IMG/VR virus record: IMGVR_UViG_3300043466_003163
Coordinates: 1-64,000 of that record
Direction: 5' to 3' (one strand)
Origin: a virus
DNA: 64,000 nt
A program made the translations under genes and the position numbers. How positions within the stretch are numbered: position 1 is the first letter of the stretch; each line of letters starts with the position of its first letter. Under the pieces are notes generated by a model that did no database searches, had not been told where the DNA came from, and saw nothing but the letters and a program-made list of their open reading frames with translations. This document shows positions 1-9,670 of this stretch, piece after piece.

Positions 1-995
1 GCATACCACAACCATCTTGGTTGACCCATATTTAAAACTAAAGTTATATTCCCTTGAGCACTTGACAATACTTTAGATGCAGTACCATTACCAATCATAT
101 TTTGTATATCTGAAACTGATGGGTTTTGTATATCAGTAACGCCATAATAGTAAGGATATATTCCTGTTATTACTTTTTGAGTAGTTAATGTATTTGATGC
201 ATCTTGTGGTTGATTTGATCTTACTGCATATCCTCGATCATCGGGAGTACCCTTATTATCAAGTAATTTATTACCTTGATCATAAACTGAAGTACCTATA
301 TAAGTATATACTTTAGATGTTTCCCCAGGTGCTGGTACATCAATAATAAAACTATCACTTGCAGTTACGGTAAAACCTTTATTTGGATTATTTGTGTTAA
401 GATATCCGAATTGCGGCCCTAAATCTGACTGTGTATCAGTTGAAATAGGACTCGTTTGCAAAGTATTACCATTTTTTGAAATGGCTAGGGCAGTGAAATC
501 TCCAGCATCATTTTTTACACCTTTTAATGATAAAGTTTGATTTATTGCTTCACCAATCTCTTTAATTCCTTGTTGACCTGTAAGAGATAATGTTGGTATA
601 GTATATGAAGGATATTGTTTTGGAAATAAAATGGTATCCAATACCTCAACCATGTCTAACTGTTTCCATTCTGATGCTGGTTTAGCTGGTGTAGTACCTA
701 TTATTTGTGACGATACATTATCTTCAATTTGTGTATTATATTTTGTTGAAACGGTATTTGAACTTATTACAATTATATCTTTACTATCTGCAGAAAGTGG
801 TGAAGATGATCCTGATAGTGATATATTTGTGGACAAAGTACCACCAGTTGGATTTATCAATGTTAAAGTATCCCCTGAAAAATTAATTCCTATTACTCCA
901 ATAGATTGTAGATAATATAAGTTATCATCCATTTCTTTTATAGTAAGTATTGAACCTTTACCATTTGGGCCGTAAAATCTAGTAATTAAAGGCAT
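1..995 (-). CDS. Virion structural protein, truncated by the window edge; absent from the ORF track
   Basis: Open frame from ATG at 995 (MPLITRFYGPNGKGSILTIKEMDDNLYYLQ...) running off position 1 (...QPRWLWYA); Ser/Thr/Gly-rich; ATATTTAT motif 14 nt upstream. Confidence 0.8.
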   Translation of the reverse strand, partial: MPLITRFYGPNGKGSILTIKEMDDNLYYLQSIGVIGINFSGDTLTLINPTGGTLSTNISLSGSSSPLSADSKDIIVISSNTVSTKYNTQIEDNVSSQIIGTTPAKPASEWKQLDMVEVLDTILFPKQYPSYTIPTLSLTGQQGIKEIGEAINQTLSLKGVKNDAGDFTALAISKNGNTLQTSPISTDTQSDLGPQFGYLNTNNPNKGFTVTASDSFIIDVPAPGETSKVYTYIGTSVYDQGNKLLDNKGTPDDRGYAVRSNQPQDASNTLTTQKVITGIYPYYYGVTDIQNPSVSDIQNMIGNGTASKVLSSAQGNITLVLNMGQPRWLWY

Positions 996-1031
996 ATATA
1001 TTTTATTTAATAAATATTATCAAAATCATTT

Positions 1032-2735
1032 TTATTCAAAATAGTTAGAAACATATTCACATTCTACATAATTATTTTTACAATTAGGAAAAAAAGTACC
1101 TATTATATTATTTATTTCTTCTCTTATTGTTGTTATATCTAATGCACAACCATATAATCTAAATTTAGAAATATTCCCTTCAAACGTACCCGCAAAATTA
1201 TTTTGTATAACTAAATTATTATCTTTTTCATCTTTACCATTAATTGTATTAGTTTCAATTAACCCTTGTGATCCACCACCTAAACTATAATTATACGGAA
1301 CACCTTGTTGTTTTTCTCTATATTCATCTAATTCTCTAAATATAAACTCATCAAAATTATCTAAAGTCCATTTAAGATAACCATTTACATAAACTGTTAA
1401 AACACCTTTCCTTTTAGGTACATCTAATAGTTCACATTTACTATATTGTTCATAAGGTTTAAATCTTATTGCGACGTGAGACCATACATCATCAATTATA
1501 ATACCAGTATCACTATAACATTCATAGATACTCGTACCTGTTAAATACTGAATAGTGGTACTTGTGTAGGTAGTAGTTCCAGTACAACCACACCCACATT
1601 GTTCATGACAATCCACAACTATTGTTTCGGTAACTGCGGAACAAACTCCAGTCATTACGACAGTTCTAAAACCAATACTACCATCATCCTTTATTCTAAA
1701 CCCTAATGCGTTATCAATAATATCTGCATTTCTATCTTTTTCGTATGTAATTTCAGAGGTAATCCCACTAAAACAACAACAATCTCCTGGTTGATAAACT
1801 AAAAATGGGTTATCATTTAAAACTTTTTTTGTTTCTTTGGGTGGTGGTAAAGGATATCCTGATGAGGTAGTGTAACCTGTTTCTCCACTAAATAAATTCC
1901 AAAATTTATTTTCTGATCTAGTACCCATATAAAAGAAAAATCCTTTATTATTTGGGTAAATATTATTAAGTGTGTTACCACTACAATTACTTGAATTTTT
2001 ATTTAACCAAAATGTTGCGGTCCACCCATCTAAACAAGGTGTATAACTACTTCCTAATCGTTTAGGTAGTATTTCATAATTATATGGTACTGGTTTTAAA
2101 TCTAAATAACATTGGTATGATTTATTTGGGTCAGTATAACATAAATTATTAATACTATCACCACTACAAAATGGAGGACAATTAAACCATTCTATTGGCC
2201 AAGTAAACTTATTATCCGATATTTCCTCAAAATATGTTATGTCAGATAATTTAAAAAATCCTTGATAAAATCCACCACATAATTTTGTATATCTACCTTC
2301 ATTTTCTCCTAATGTAATTTCTAATGGATATTCATATGTACAACCAGTAACCCTAGTCATAGAAAATCTAGTATCTGCGGATGTTAGTGTTAATGTTGAA
2401 CCAGTAAATGCGGATAAGAAAGTTGATCCTGTAGTCCCACCCGTACAATCATATAAAATAAATCCATTATCTATACCCGTTAAACCAATATCGTTTAATG
2501 TAATACCACTACCATTTATTTTTGAATCTTTCCAAGTTGTTAGACTATATAGGGTATCCCCAGAAAATGAATTATCATTATTTACATCAATATATACTAA
2601 AATACATTCTTCTAATATATGATTATTATCTTGTTCATCTGTACAATCATAACAAAGAAATAAGTCCCAGTAATCACTGTTACTTAATTTCATTTTTAAA
2701 CAGTTATCGAAATTATGTTGGTAAATGTTACTCAT
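1032..2735 (-). CDS. Cys/Thr-rich virion protein with LamG/concanavalin-like elements
   Basis: WTATFW, WSHVAIRF, LTVYVNG and FEGNISKFRLYGCALD motifs typical of LamG folds; sits in the structural block. Confidence 0.6.
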   Translation of the reverse strand: MSNIYQHNFDNCLKMKLSNSDYWDLFLCYDCTDEQDNNHILEECILVYIDVNNDNSFSGDTLYSLTTWKDSKINGSGITLNDIGLTGIDNGFILYDCTGGTTGSTFLSAFTGSTLTLTSADTRFSMTRVTGCTYEYPLEITLGENEGRYTKLCGGFYQGFFKLSDITYFEEISDNKFTWPIEWFNCPPFCSGDSINNLCYTDPNKSYQCYLDLKPVPYNYEILPKRLGSSYTPCLDGWTATFWLNKNSSNCSGNTLNNIYPNNKGFFFYMGTRSENKFWNLFSGETGYTTSSGYPLPPPKETKKVLNDNPFLVYQPGDCCCFSGITSEITYEKDRNADIIDNALGFRIKDDGSIGFRTVVMTGVCSAVTETIVVDCHEQCGCGCTGTTTYTSTTIQYLTGTSIYECYSDTGIIIDDVWSHVAIRFKPYEQYSKCELLDVPKRKGVLTVYVNGYLKWTLDNFDEFIFRELDEYREKQQGVPYNYSLGGGSQGLIETNTINGKDEKDNNLVIQNNFAGTFEGNISKFRLYGCALDITTIREEINNIIGTFFPNCKNNYVECEYVSNYFE

Positions 2736-2747
2736 CTTTACATTTTA

Positions 2748-3467
2748 TTAAATTTGATACCTACCTCTATCTGCATTAAAATTCTTTAAAATTTCATCAG
2801 AAGTTAATTCTTTATGATAGACCCTAACAATCCCAATTTTACCTGCAAAACATTCACTAAGACAAAATGTACCTATTGAAAGTACACACCCTACAGCTAA
2901 TGTAGTATCGGGAGAAAATGGTTGAACATTTGATGCAACTAATACCCCATTAACATATGCTTTTAATCCTGATTGACTGAACACTGCTACCGCATGAACC
3001 CATTCATTTAAATTTATTATAGGGCTTGACGATATAGTATTTATTGTGGTCGTATTTTGTGAATATAACCATATTCTACCGTCACTAGTAAATCTATACC
3101 TATACCCATAATTAGAACCTTTAGCGATTATATTTGGATCTGTCAATAAGCTACTAGGTTTGACAAATGCCTCTAATGTGACCTCATCATCAAAATTATA
3201 TGAATCTACTGCAAAAGTATTTCCCGGAGGTCTTATAAATGTATGTACCAATAACCTATCATCTATACCATCAAATAAAATACAACCACCTCCATCAGTA
3301 CTATCATAATTATTATTTATATCAAAAGAACTAAATGTACCTGTTGCTACGTTAGTTGATAAATCATTCCATGTGGTACTACTCAATGAATAAGATTTCC
3401 TATTAACTGGATCCAAATATAAAACTAATCCATCTGTTACTATTTCTTTTCTACCTGTTCTTATCAT
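2748..3467 (-). CDS. LamG (concanavalin A-like lectin/glucanase) domain protein
   Basis: IVTDGLVLYLD, FDGIDD, WVHAVAV, YVNG, GKIGIVRVYHKELT; start moved to ATG 3467 (MIRTG) to avoid overlap with the upstream gene. Confidence 0.85.
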   Translation of the reverse strand: MIRTGRKEIVTDGLVLYLDPVNRKSYSLSSTTWNDLSTNVATGTFSSFDINNNYDSTDGGGCILFDGIDDRLLVHTFIRPPGNTFAVDSYNFDDEVTLEAFVKPSSLLTDPNIIAKGSNYGYRYRFTSDGRIWLYSQNTTTINTISSSPIINLNEWVHAVAVFSQSGLKAYVNGVLVASNVQPFSPDTTLAVGCVLSIGTFCLSECFAGKIGIVRVYHKELTSDEILKNFNADRGRYQI

Positions 3468-3477
3468 AATAATTATA

Positions 3478-3765
3478 TTATTGGGGGGTATCGTTATTAT
3501 TACCAACTAAATCTGTATAAACATCATTCCATACATTAGTTGACACTATTTGAATCATTTCTTCGTGTGTGTAAGGACCATATTTAGTCGTCAAAGAATT
3601 AAGTGAATTAGGTATGTTTAAACCATTCCATTTAACAATTGTTAATGTCCCATCTATAGATAGTCTAAGTTCCTCTTTATCACTTTGTATTATTTCATCA
3701 AAATTAACAGAATCAATATCAGAGTAATTTATTACCATATATCTTCTATTTTTATAAATTTCCAT
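3478..3765 (-). CDS. Hypothetical protein in the LamG/tail-fibre block
   Basis: 95-aa ORF, co-oriented and tightly packed. Confidence 0.7.
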   Translation of the reverse strand: MEIYKNRRYMVINYSDIDSVNFDEIIQSDKEELRLSIDGTLTIVKWNGLNIPNSLNSLTTKYGPYTHEEMIQIVSTNVWNDVYTDLVGNNNDTPQ

Positions 3766-3777
3766 TTTTAAAAAAAT

Positions 3778-6258
3778 TTAAATACTTCTTATTATTGTTT
3801 TAACTACAAATCCTGTAGTATTTGCTGATGATTGAAAAATGCAACTATTATTATCAGCAGAAAAACTAAATGATATTCCTGAAGTAGTACCAATACTACT
3901 GGTAGAAGTTTCAATGTAATTAACAGTATTACCACTAAAAACTGCCATTATTTGTCCTGTTCTAAGACCAGGAGTTATATTATTTATAACTGTATATTCA
4001 TACCACGCACCAGTATAAGCACTCATTGGTAAAAAATGTATATTAGTTAATCCTGTGTAGGCGTATGATTTAACCGATGAATATAATCCAGGTGCTGAAA
4101 AATTACCCATTAAAACAGTATCATTATCAAAAACTTCTAATACAGGAATTGATGATATATTATTTACCGAAAATAGAGAACCAACCAAACTGTCTTTAAT
4201 TGTAAATAATTGACCACTACTACCTGAAATACCAACTATTGGTTCGGTTGTACTACTTCCTGAACCAATTATATTTAAAACATTAGTAGTATTACCTGAT
4301 AATAATGTCTCACCTTTTACATCTAATGTTTTTGTTGGGTTTGATCCATTAACCCCAATCCTATTATTTGTTATATCTATTGTTATTCCGCTTGTTGAAC
4401 CGAAATAAACATTCCCTTCATCTAAAGGATTTATATTAAGTGGAGAACAAGAATGAATGTTTGAAACATATATATTATCAATACAATCTCCTGAACTACC
4501 TATGGTAGTTGCTGATATTGTAGTTGCGGATAATCCATTTGTAAAATTAGTTGTACCAGTAACAGTACCACCCGTAAATGCCCCACCACCTGAAGATACT
4601 TGCCAACTGGCATTACCACTAGCATCAGATGTAAGAACATAACCAGGTGTTGCACCTGATGTCATTTGAAAATTAATAGTTTTTGTTTTACCACTAACAT
4701 CTAATTTTTCTGATGGTGTTTCAGTTCCTATACCAACATTACCAACATTTGTAATTATCATTTTGGTGTCTGTAGTGGTTACAAAAGAAGTACCATCATT
4801 TCTAGTACCAAAATGTATATTAGGGGTAGTATTTGAATTAACTCCGACTACTAAATTATTGTTTGTATCAGGTGTTATACCAAAAACGGCAGTACTAACT
4901 CCACCATCTTGTGATAATAAAAGTTGAACATTGTGTGTTTCGTCTAAATTATCCGTATCGGCTTCTAATTTAACTCTTACCGCACCTGTGCTTTTTAAAT
5001 GTAACAATTCAGTTGGGGACGAGTTATTAATACCAACAAAACCTCTTGTGGGACCAGAACCTTGTATATGTATATCGGGAATATTGATGACATCGGCATT
5101 TTGACCAGCATAAAATCTTATATAGTCTTCAGTTCCTGTACCACTGGCGCTTATTACATTTAATCCATTATTACTAATTGATGAATATAAAAATGCGTCA
5201 TTAATTTTTCCATATTCGTCATTTCCAACGTTTGTTGTACCCCTAATCCCCATTCTCGCAACTGATGTTCCACTAATTCTGGCTTCAACAAAAGTTAAAC
5301 TTGTGTTACCACCACTAACCATTATATTTGTATTAATCGGATCATAAGAAAATCTAGAAGTACCATTAACCACATCCAATATGGTTGCTGGTGATGATGT
5401 TCCTATACCTAACCTATTATTAGAAACGTCAACAGTAACACCACTTGTTGACCCAAAATACACATTACCTTCATCTAAGGGATTAATGTTTAACGGAGAG
5501 CAAGAATGTATGTTAGAGATATAAAGGTCACTAATACAATTTCCTGACCCACCACTAAAAGAAGGTGATTCTTGCCAACTACCATTACCAAATTCATCTG
5601 AAGTTAATACATAATTAGTTGTTGCAGAACTAGCACCATTAGTAATTGTTATTTTATTAGTGATAAGTCTTCCATCTACAGTAATATTTTCTTTTGATGA
5701 AATATAATCTAATGGACCTTTATAATCTAATGTACCTGCAGAAAAATTTTGTTGTGATGCGATTGTGAAACCAGAAAATAAAGTTGATCCTGTATTAAGT
5801 GATGATAAATTAACAAAAGAATAACTGATACTATATCCAGTATATTGTGTACCTATTACATATTCTCCAGTATACCCAGTTTGAGTTAAAGTCCAAAAAG
5901 GACCTACAGTTTGGGTATCCGCACTTAATGGTGTTATGGGTAATGTTAATCCAGAAACATAAATACCGAATAGAGGGTTTGTCCATGTATTTGCAGAAAA
6001 ACTATCAAATATAGGGTTATAATTAGGTGATGATGGATTTGAAACATCGAATACTGTTGTACCAGTATCACCACTAAAAACTGCAGTCTGATTAGAAACT
6101 ACTCCTAATGAAACTGTAGTTGCGGTATCAACACCTGTAGGGTATCCACTAAAAGGAATACCTGCCTGTATTTTACCATCAAATGTCGCAGTTTCACCTG
6201 TAATAATTTTGGATTGTCTCGAAAGATCTAATAAAGTAGTAAATTTATTTATTGGCAT
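3778..6258 (-). CDS. Tail fibre-like protein
   Basis: GNVGIGTETPSEKLDV and RLGIGTSSP fibre repeats, YVLTSDxxGNxSWQ twice, internal duplicated module, Ser/Thr/Gly-rich. Confidence 0.8.
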   Translation of the reverse strand: MPINKFTTLLDLSRQSKIITGETATFDGKIQAGIPFSGYPTGVDTATTVSLGVVSNQTAVFSGDTGTTVFDVSNPSSPNYNPIFDSFSANTWTNPLFGIYVSGLTLPITPLSADTQTVGPFWTLTQTGYTGEYVIGTQYTGYSISYSFVNLSSLNTGSTLFSGFTIASQQNFSAGTLDYKGPLDYISSKENITVDGRLITNKITITNGASSATTNYVLTSDEFGNGSWQESPSFSGGSGNCISDLYISNIHSCSPLNINPLDEGNVYFGSTSGVTVDVSNNRLGIGTSSPATILDVVNGTSRFSYDPINTNIMVSGGNTSLTFVEARISGTSVARMGIRGTTNVGNDEYGKINDAFLYSSISNNGLNVISASGTGTEDYIRFYAGQNADVINIPDIHIQGSGPTRGFVGINNSSPTELLHLKSTGAVRVKLEADTDNLDETHNVQLLLSQDGGVSTAVFGITPDTNNNLVVGVNSNTTPNIHFGTRNDGTSFVTTTDTKMIITNVGNVGIGTETPSEKLDVSGKTKTINFQMTSGATPGYVLTSDASGNASWQVSSGGGAFTGGTVTGTTNFTNGLSATTISATTIGSSGDCIDNIYVSNIHSCSPLNINPLDEGNVYFGSTSGITIDITNNRIGVNGSNPTKTLDVKGETLLSGNTTNVLNIIGSGSSTTEPIVGISGSSGQLFTIKDSLVGSLFSVNNISSIPVLEVFDNDTVLMGNFSAPGLYSSVKSYAYTGLTNIHFLPMSAYTGAWYEYTVINNITPGLRTGQIMAVFSGNTVNYIETSTSSIGTTSGISFSFSADNNSCIFQSSANTTGFVVKTIIRSI

Positions 6259-6318
6259 AACATCATTTTAAAATAAATATTTAGATTTCTGATATATTTA
6301 TATAAAAAAAACTTTAAT

Positions 6319-6915
6319 ATGAATAAAACATTTAAAAAGTCCGATATTAATAAATATTTAGATGAGGAAAGAATTGATGAATTAATTAGTGCTAATGGTG
6401 CATTAATTAATCCATCAAATAATTATAAACAAAATAGAAATCATATTAAATCTAAAAAAACTACTGATGATTTTGTTAGAAACTCTACACAAGGACCAGA
6501 AGCTTATTTTATTTATGGCGGACCTTATTATGGTATAAATTATACTAGGGTGGTTAATGAAGAAGAAGATATTTCTGAAAGTGATGAATCTATGAAATCT
6601 TTGGTTGATGAAATAATTAGAAACAAAAAAGATAAAAATAGAGATGTAGTTAAAAGAATGAAAGAAGAAGATATAATGTCTGAACCTATTTCTATACCTG
6701 ACATTTCTGAATTAAAAGATGTTCATGAAAAACCAATAGTGATTAGAAAAATTAACAGTCTTTTAGATTTAATTCATAAAGAAAATTTAAAAGGTGATGA
6801 ATTAGCAATTCTTTTAAATCATTTAATAAATAATTTAGATTTATCAACATTATCTGAAGAACATAAAGAATTAATTGGGGATAAAATTAAGTATGGCGAA
6901 CAGGAAGAAAAATAA
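6319..6915 (+). CDS. Hypothetical protein, probably late or head-associated
   Basis: 198-aa acidic ORF; ATATTTAT motif at 6294-6301. Confidence 0.7.
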   Translation: MNKTFKKSDINKYLDEERIDELISANGALINPSNNYKQNRNHIKSKKTTDDFVRNSTQGPEAYFIYGGPYYGINYTRVVNEEEDISESDESMKSLVDEIIRNKKDKNRDVVKRMKEEDIMSEPISIPDISELKDVHEKPIVIRKINSLLDLIHKENLKGDELAILLNHLINNLDLSTLSEEHKELIGDKIKYGEQEEK

Positions 6916-7441
6916 AGGTGGTAACAGTAAATTACATGGTAAGTACTATAATTGTCCTGATTATGTACTTAACGCAATTGGTAATGCAGTAAAGACATAC
7001 GAAACACTAAAGAAAGAAGAAATTGCTAATGATAAACCTGTTGAGGGTTATAAAAGAGCGAAAGGTATTTTAGAAAATAAAAAAATAGAATATAAACAAT
7101 TAAAAAGAATTAAAAACTGGTTTGATAATTTTGATGGGGATCATAAAGATATTGAATATAGATTAAATGGTGGTAAAACGATGCATAATTGGGTTGAGTC
7201 AACTTTAAATAGGGAAACTCAATCAATTAAAAACCCTAAAAAAATAAAAAGTGAAACTGGTTTAACAAATCAATTTATAAAACAACATAGTAAAGATAAT
7301 AATAAAGTAAATAAACATAGTTTAAAAATAAAAATACCCAGACCCAATAAAGATATAAGTGGTCAACTTATGAGAGGTAAACCTGTTTATGAAGAAATAA
7401 AAAGAATACAAAATTTAATAATATACGAATCTAAAATTTAA
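6893..7441 (+). CDS. Basic hypothetical protein
   Basis: GYKRAK..QLKRIKNWF..LNGGKTMHNWV; C-terminal EEIKRIQNLIIYE; start taken at ATG 6893. Confidence 0.7.
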   Translation: MANRKKNKGGNSKLHGKYYNCPDYVLNAIGNAVKTYETLKKEEIANDKPVEGYKRAKGILENKKIEYKQLKRIKNWFDNFDGDHKDIEYRLNGGKTMHNWVESTLNRETQSIKNPKKIKSETGLTNQFIKQHSKDNNKVNKHSLKIKIPRPNKDISGQLMRGKPVYEEIKRIQNLIIYESKI

Positions 7442-7445
7442 TATT

Positions 7446-7763
7446 ATGAGTAAGACTAAATTAATGGAATTAGGAGACCAATTTAGAGTTGATAACGTAA
7501 TTAAAAACGCGTACTTAGATAGTGATGGTAAAAGATATGGTGCAACGCACCCAAACGCATTATCTAATGGAGATGAAAAAGGTAAAGGTACTGCAGGAAA
7601 TGCAGATGCTTTAAATAGTTCTTCTGGTGGTGGTTCTGTCGATATTTCGGCTAGACAAGATTTAATTGCTAGAAATGAATCTAAATATGGAAGTACTACT
7701 GGGCCTAATGGGTATGGACCAAATAAACCATACTTCCCTAACTATATTTTAACTAATAAGTAA
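7446..7763 (+). CDS. Hypothetical protein
   Basis: 105-aa Gly-rich ORF in operon. Confidence 0.7.
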   Translation: MSKTKLMELGDQFRVDNVIKNAYLDSDGKRYGATHPNALSNGDEKGKGTAGNADALNSSSGGGSVDISARQDLIARNESKYGSTTGPNGYGPNKPYFPNYILTNK

Positions 7764-7774
7764 TATTTTTTATA

Positions 7775-8143
7775 ATGAATCTTTACAATTTAGCTGAAGG
7801 ACTTATTCTTGAAATAGCCAATAAGGAAAGTATCAAAACTATAATGGATCGAAAAAGATTGGCTTCGGTTTATTATGATGATGGTGAAGATCCTGGTGGT
7901 AAAAATAAAAGATGGATAGAAATTTATTGTTTTGGGACTTCACTTGCGGGTAATGATGTAGTTAGAGTATACCAAATAGGAGGTGATACTAAAACAATAC
8001 AACCAGGATGGAAATTATTTAGGGTTGATAGAATGAATAATTTACAAATGTTAGGTGGTAATTTTAATTCACCTAGACCTTTGTTTAATCCTAATGGTGA
8101 TAAAAGTATGACACAAGTTTATAAAATATTAAAATTTGACTAA
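7775..8143 (+). CDS. Stand-alone WYL-domain-like protein
   Basis: SVYY..KRWIEIYCFG..VVRVYQ..GWKLFRVDRM matches the WYL R.v.P...r.FR.DR pattern. Confidence 0.7.
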   Translation: MNLYNLAEGLILEIANKESIKTIMDRKRLASVYYDDGEDPGGKNKRWIEIYCFGTSLAGNDVVRVYQIGGDTKTIQPGWKLFRVDRMNNLQMLGGNFNSPRPLFNPNGDKSMTQVYKILKFD

Positions 8144-8145
8144 AA

Positions 8146-8718
8146 ATGAGTGATGTAAATAGATTAAAAGAAATTTTAAATAAGTCTAAAGCTATTATGC
8201 AAGTGACTGAAGAAAATTATGGGAGTTCAAAAAATATAACTCAAAGTATTACTAATGAAAGTGAAGAAAAAGAAATACCTAATTTAACTGAAAATTTTAT
8301 TAGAAATAATCAAAGGAGTGCAACTAAATCGGTTGCAACCACAAATGGTAAGTATAGAAATTTAGAAAAATCTAAAATGCCTGATGTAATTAAAAAGGCT
8401 ATGTTAGAAAATCCAATAGAAATTCCTGAAACTCCTTTTCATACTTTTGAATTAGATGATGTTTCAGATTTTATTCATACTAACTATAATCAAGAAAATA
8501 TACAAAAAAGTAAAAAAAGTAGTTTAACTGAGAACACTTCATTGAATCTTAATGATACTGTTATTAGAAAAATAGTAAAAGAAGAAATGATGGATGTTGT
8601 TAGAACAGTTATAGAAGAATATTTTGAAAAATCTTTAGTTACTGAAGATATACAAATTAGAGTCGGTGGTACAACATTTTCAGGTAAACTTAAACCTTTA
8701 CCAAATAAAAAGAAATAA
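8146..8718 (+). CDS. Hypothetical protein
   Basis: 190-aa ORF with several I/L-x-E motifs (ITNES, LTEN); followed by a terminator. Confidence 0.7.
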   Translation: MSDVNRLKEILNKSKAIMQVTEENYGSSKNITQSITNESEEKEIPNLTENFIRNNQRSATKSVATTNGKYRNLEKSKMPDVIKKAMLENPIEIPETPFHTFELDDVSDFIHTNYNQENIQKSKKSSLTENTSLNLNDTVIRKIVKEEMMDVVRTVIEEYFEKSLVTEDIQIRVGGTTFSGKLKPLPNKKK

Positions 8719-8742
8719 AAAAACCCTCATAAGAGGGTTTTT
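8719..8742. terminator. Bidirectional intrinsic terminator
   Basis: aaaaaccctc-ataa-gagggttttt hairpin between convergent genes, with T/A tracts on both sides. Confidence 0.85.
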
Positions 8743-8748
8743 ATTTTT

Positions 8749-9318
8749 TTAGTTAATTTGTGATTGTAAATCATCTAATCCCTCAACAATCTGTGATTTA
8801 GGAATCCAAAAAGTTAAATCACCTATTTCATCAATTTTAAGTTTAAGTAATTTTTTAAAAACTAAAACATCTTCTTGATTTTTTACATATGGAATACCCA
8901 ATTTTTTAGCACATATAGGTCCAACTCCAGTTGCTTGTGATTTCCAATCAGTCAAATCTAAACCACAACATCTACAAGAGGTAACATCGGAAGTATTCAT
9001 TCTACCAACAACTTGATAAGCTTTGTTAGTTGTTTTAAGAACTTTACTAATTGTCACTAAAAAAGGTCTAAATTCTAATTTATTATCATCCGCAATACGT
9101 TTTGCAATAAATTTAGTAACCTTTAGATTAACATTAATATTTTTACTATCAGAAATTTGATTGGTTGGTACCTCAAGTTTAGAGAAAAAATTATCAGCTG
9201 CGGATAATTGTTTAGGTGTTAAAGAACCATATTTATTTAATCCTGATTTGAGTGAAAGAATAAAATTGTTATTTCCTTCATACTCTTTAACTTTTGTTAA
9301 AATTAGTGAATTTTCCAT
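8749..9318 (-). CDS. DUF6011-like zinc-ribbon protein
   Basis: CRCCGLDLTDWKSQATGVGPICAKK matches the CxxCGxxLTDxxSxxxGxGPxC signature. Confidence 0.75.
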   Translation of the reverse strand: MENSLILTKVKEYEGNNNFILSLKSGLNKYGSLTPKQLSAADNFFSKLEVPTNQISDSKNINVNLKVTKFIAKRIADDNKLEFRPFLVTISKVLKTTNKAYQVVGRMNTSDVTSCRCCGLDLTDWKSQATGVGPICAKKLGIPYVKNQEDVLVFKKLLKLKIDEIGDLTFWIPKSQIVEGLDDLQSQIN

Positions 9319-9361
9319 AGTTGTTTTATTTTGATAATGTAAAGATATAAAAAAATAATTT

Positions 9362-9571
9362 TCAAATATTAGATTCTACGGTTACTTTAGTAGACTTAAA
9401 AAGATTTTTTTCTTTTTTTGATATTTTACGGATTGCTTTCTTATAAGAACTTCTAACCATCCTATCGTACTTTTTTTGTGTTACGAATTCACCGTTTGTA
9501 AGTTTCACTGTTTTTTGAGTTGCACAAGAAGTAACTAATAGTACAAACAATAATTTAATTAAATTTTTCAT
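9362..9571 (-). CDS. Small basic lipoprotein
   Basis: MKNLIKLLFVLLVTS|C lipobox; preceded by a host-type promoter. Confidence 0.7.
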   Translation of the reverse strand: MKNLIKLLFVLLVTSCATQKTVKLTNGEFVTQKKYDRMVRSSYKKAIRKISKKEKNLFKSTKVTVESNI

Positions 9572-9591
9572 AGTTGTTTTTTTTATTAAAA

Positions 9592-9622
9592 CAAATATAT
9601 ATATAAATTTTTAATCTACAAA
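9592..9622 (-). promoter_or_regulatory. Bacteroidota primary-sigma promoter (-33/-7)
   Basis: TTTG-N19-TATATTTG on the minus strand. Confidence 0.75.
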
Positions 9623-9670
9623 ATTTTTAATCAAATTATCATATTTATATAATAAAAAATATTTTAATAT

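Noticed and set aside
631-915. Short antisense or alternative-frame ORFs in the track (e.g. 631-915, 13297-13731, 43576-43959, 52487-53020, 61418-61741, 29988-30173)
   Set aside because: They overlap well-supported genes on the opposite strand or in another frame and have no motifs; 631-915 shadows the real minus-strand gene 1-995, and 29988-30173 shadows 30030-30167
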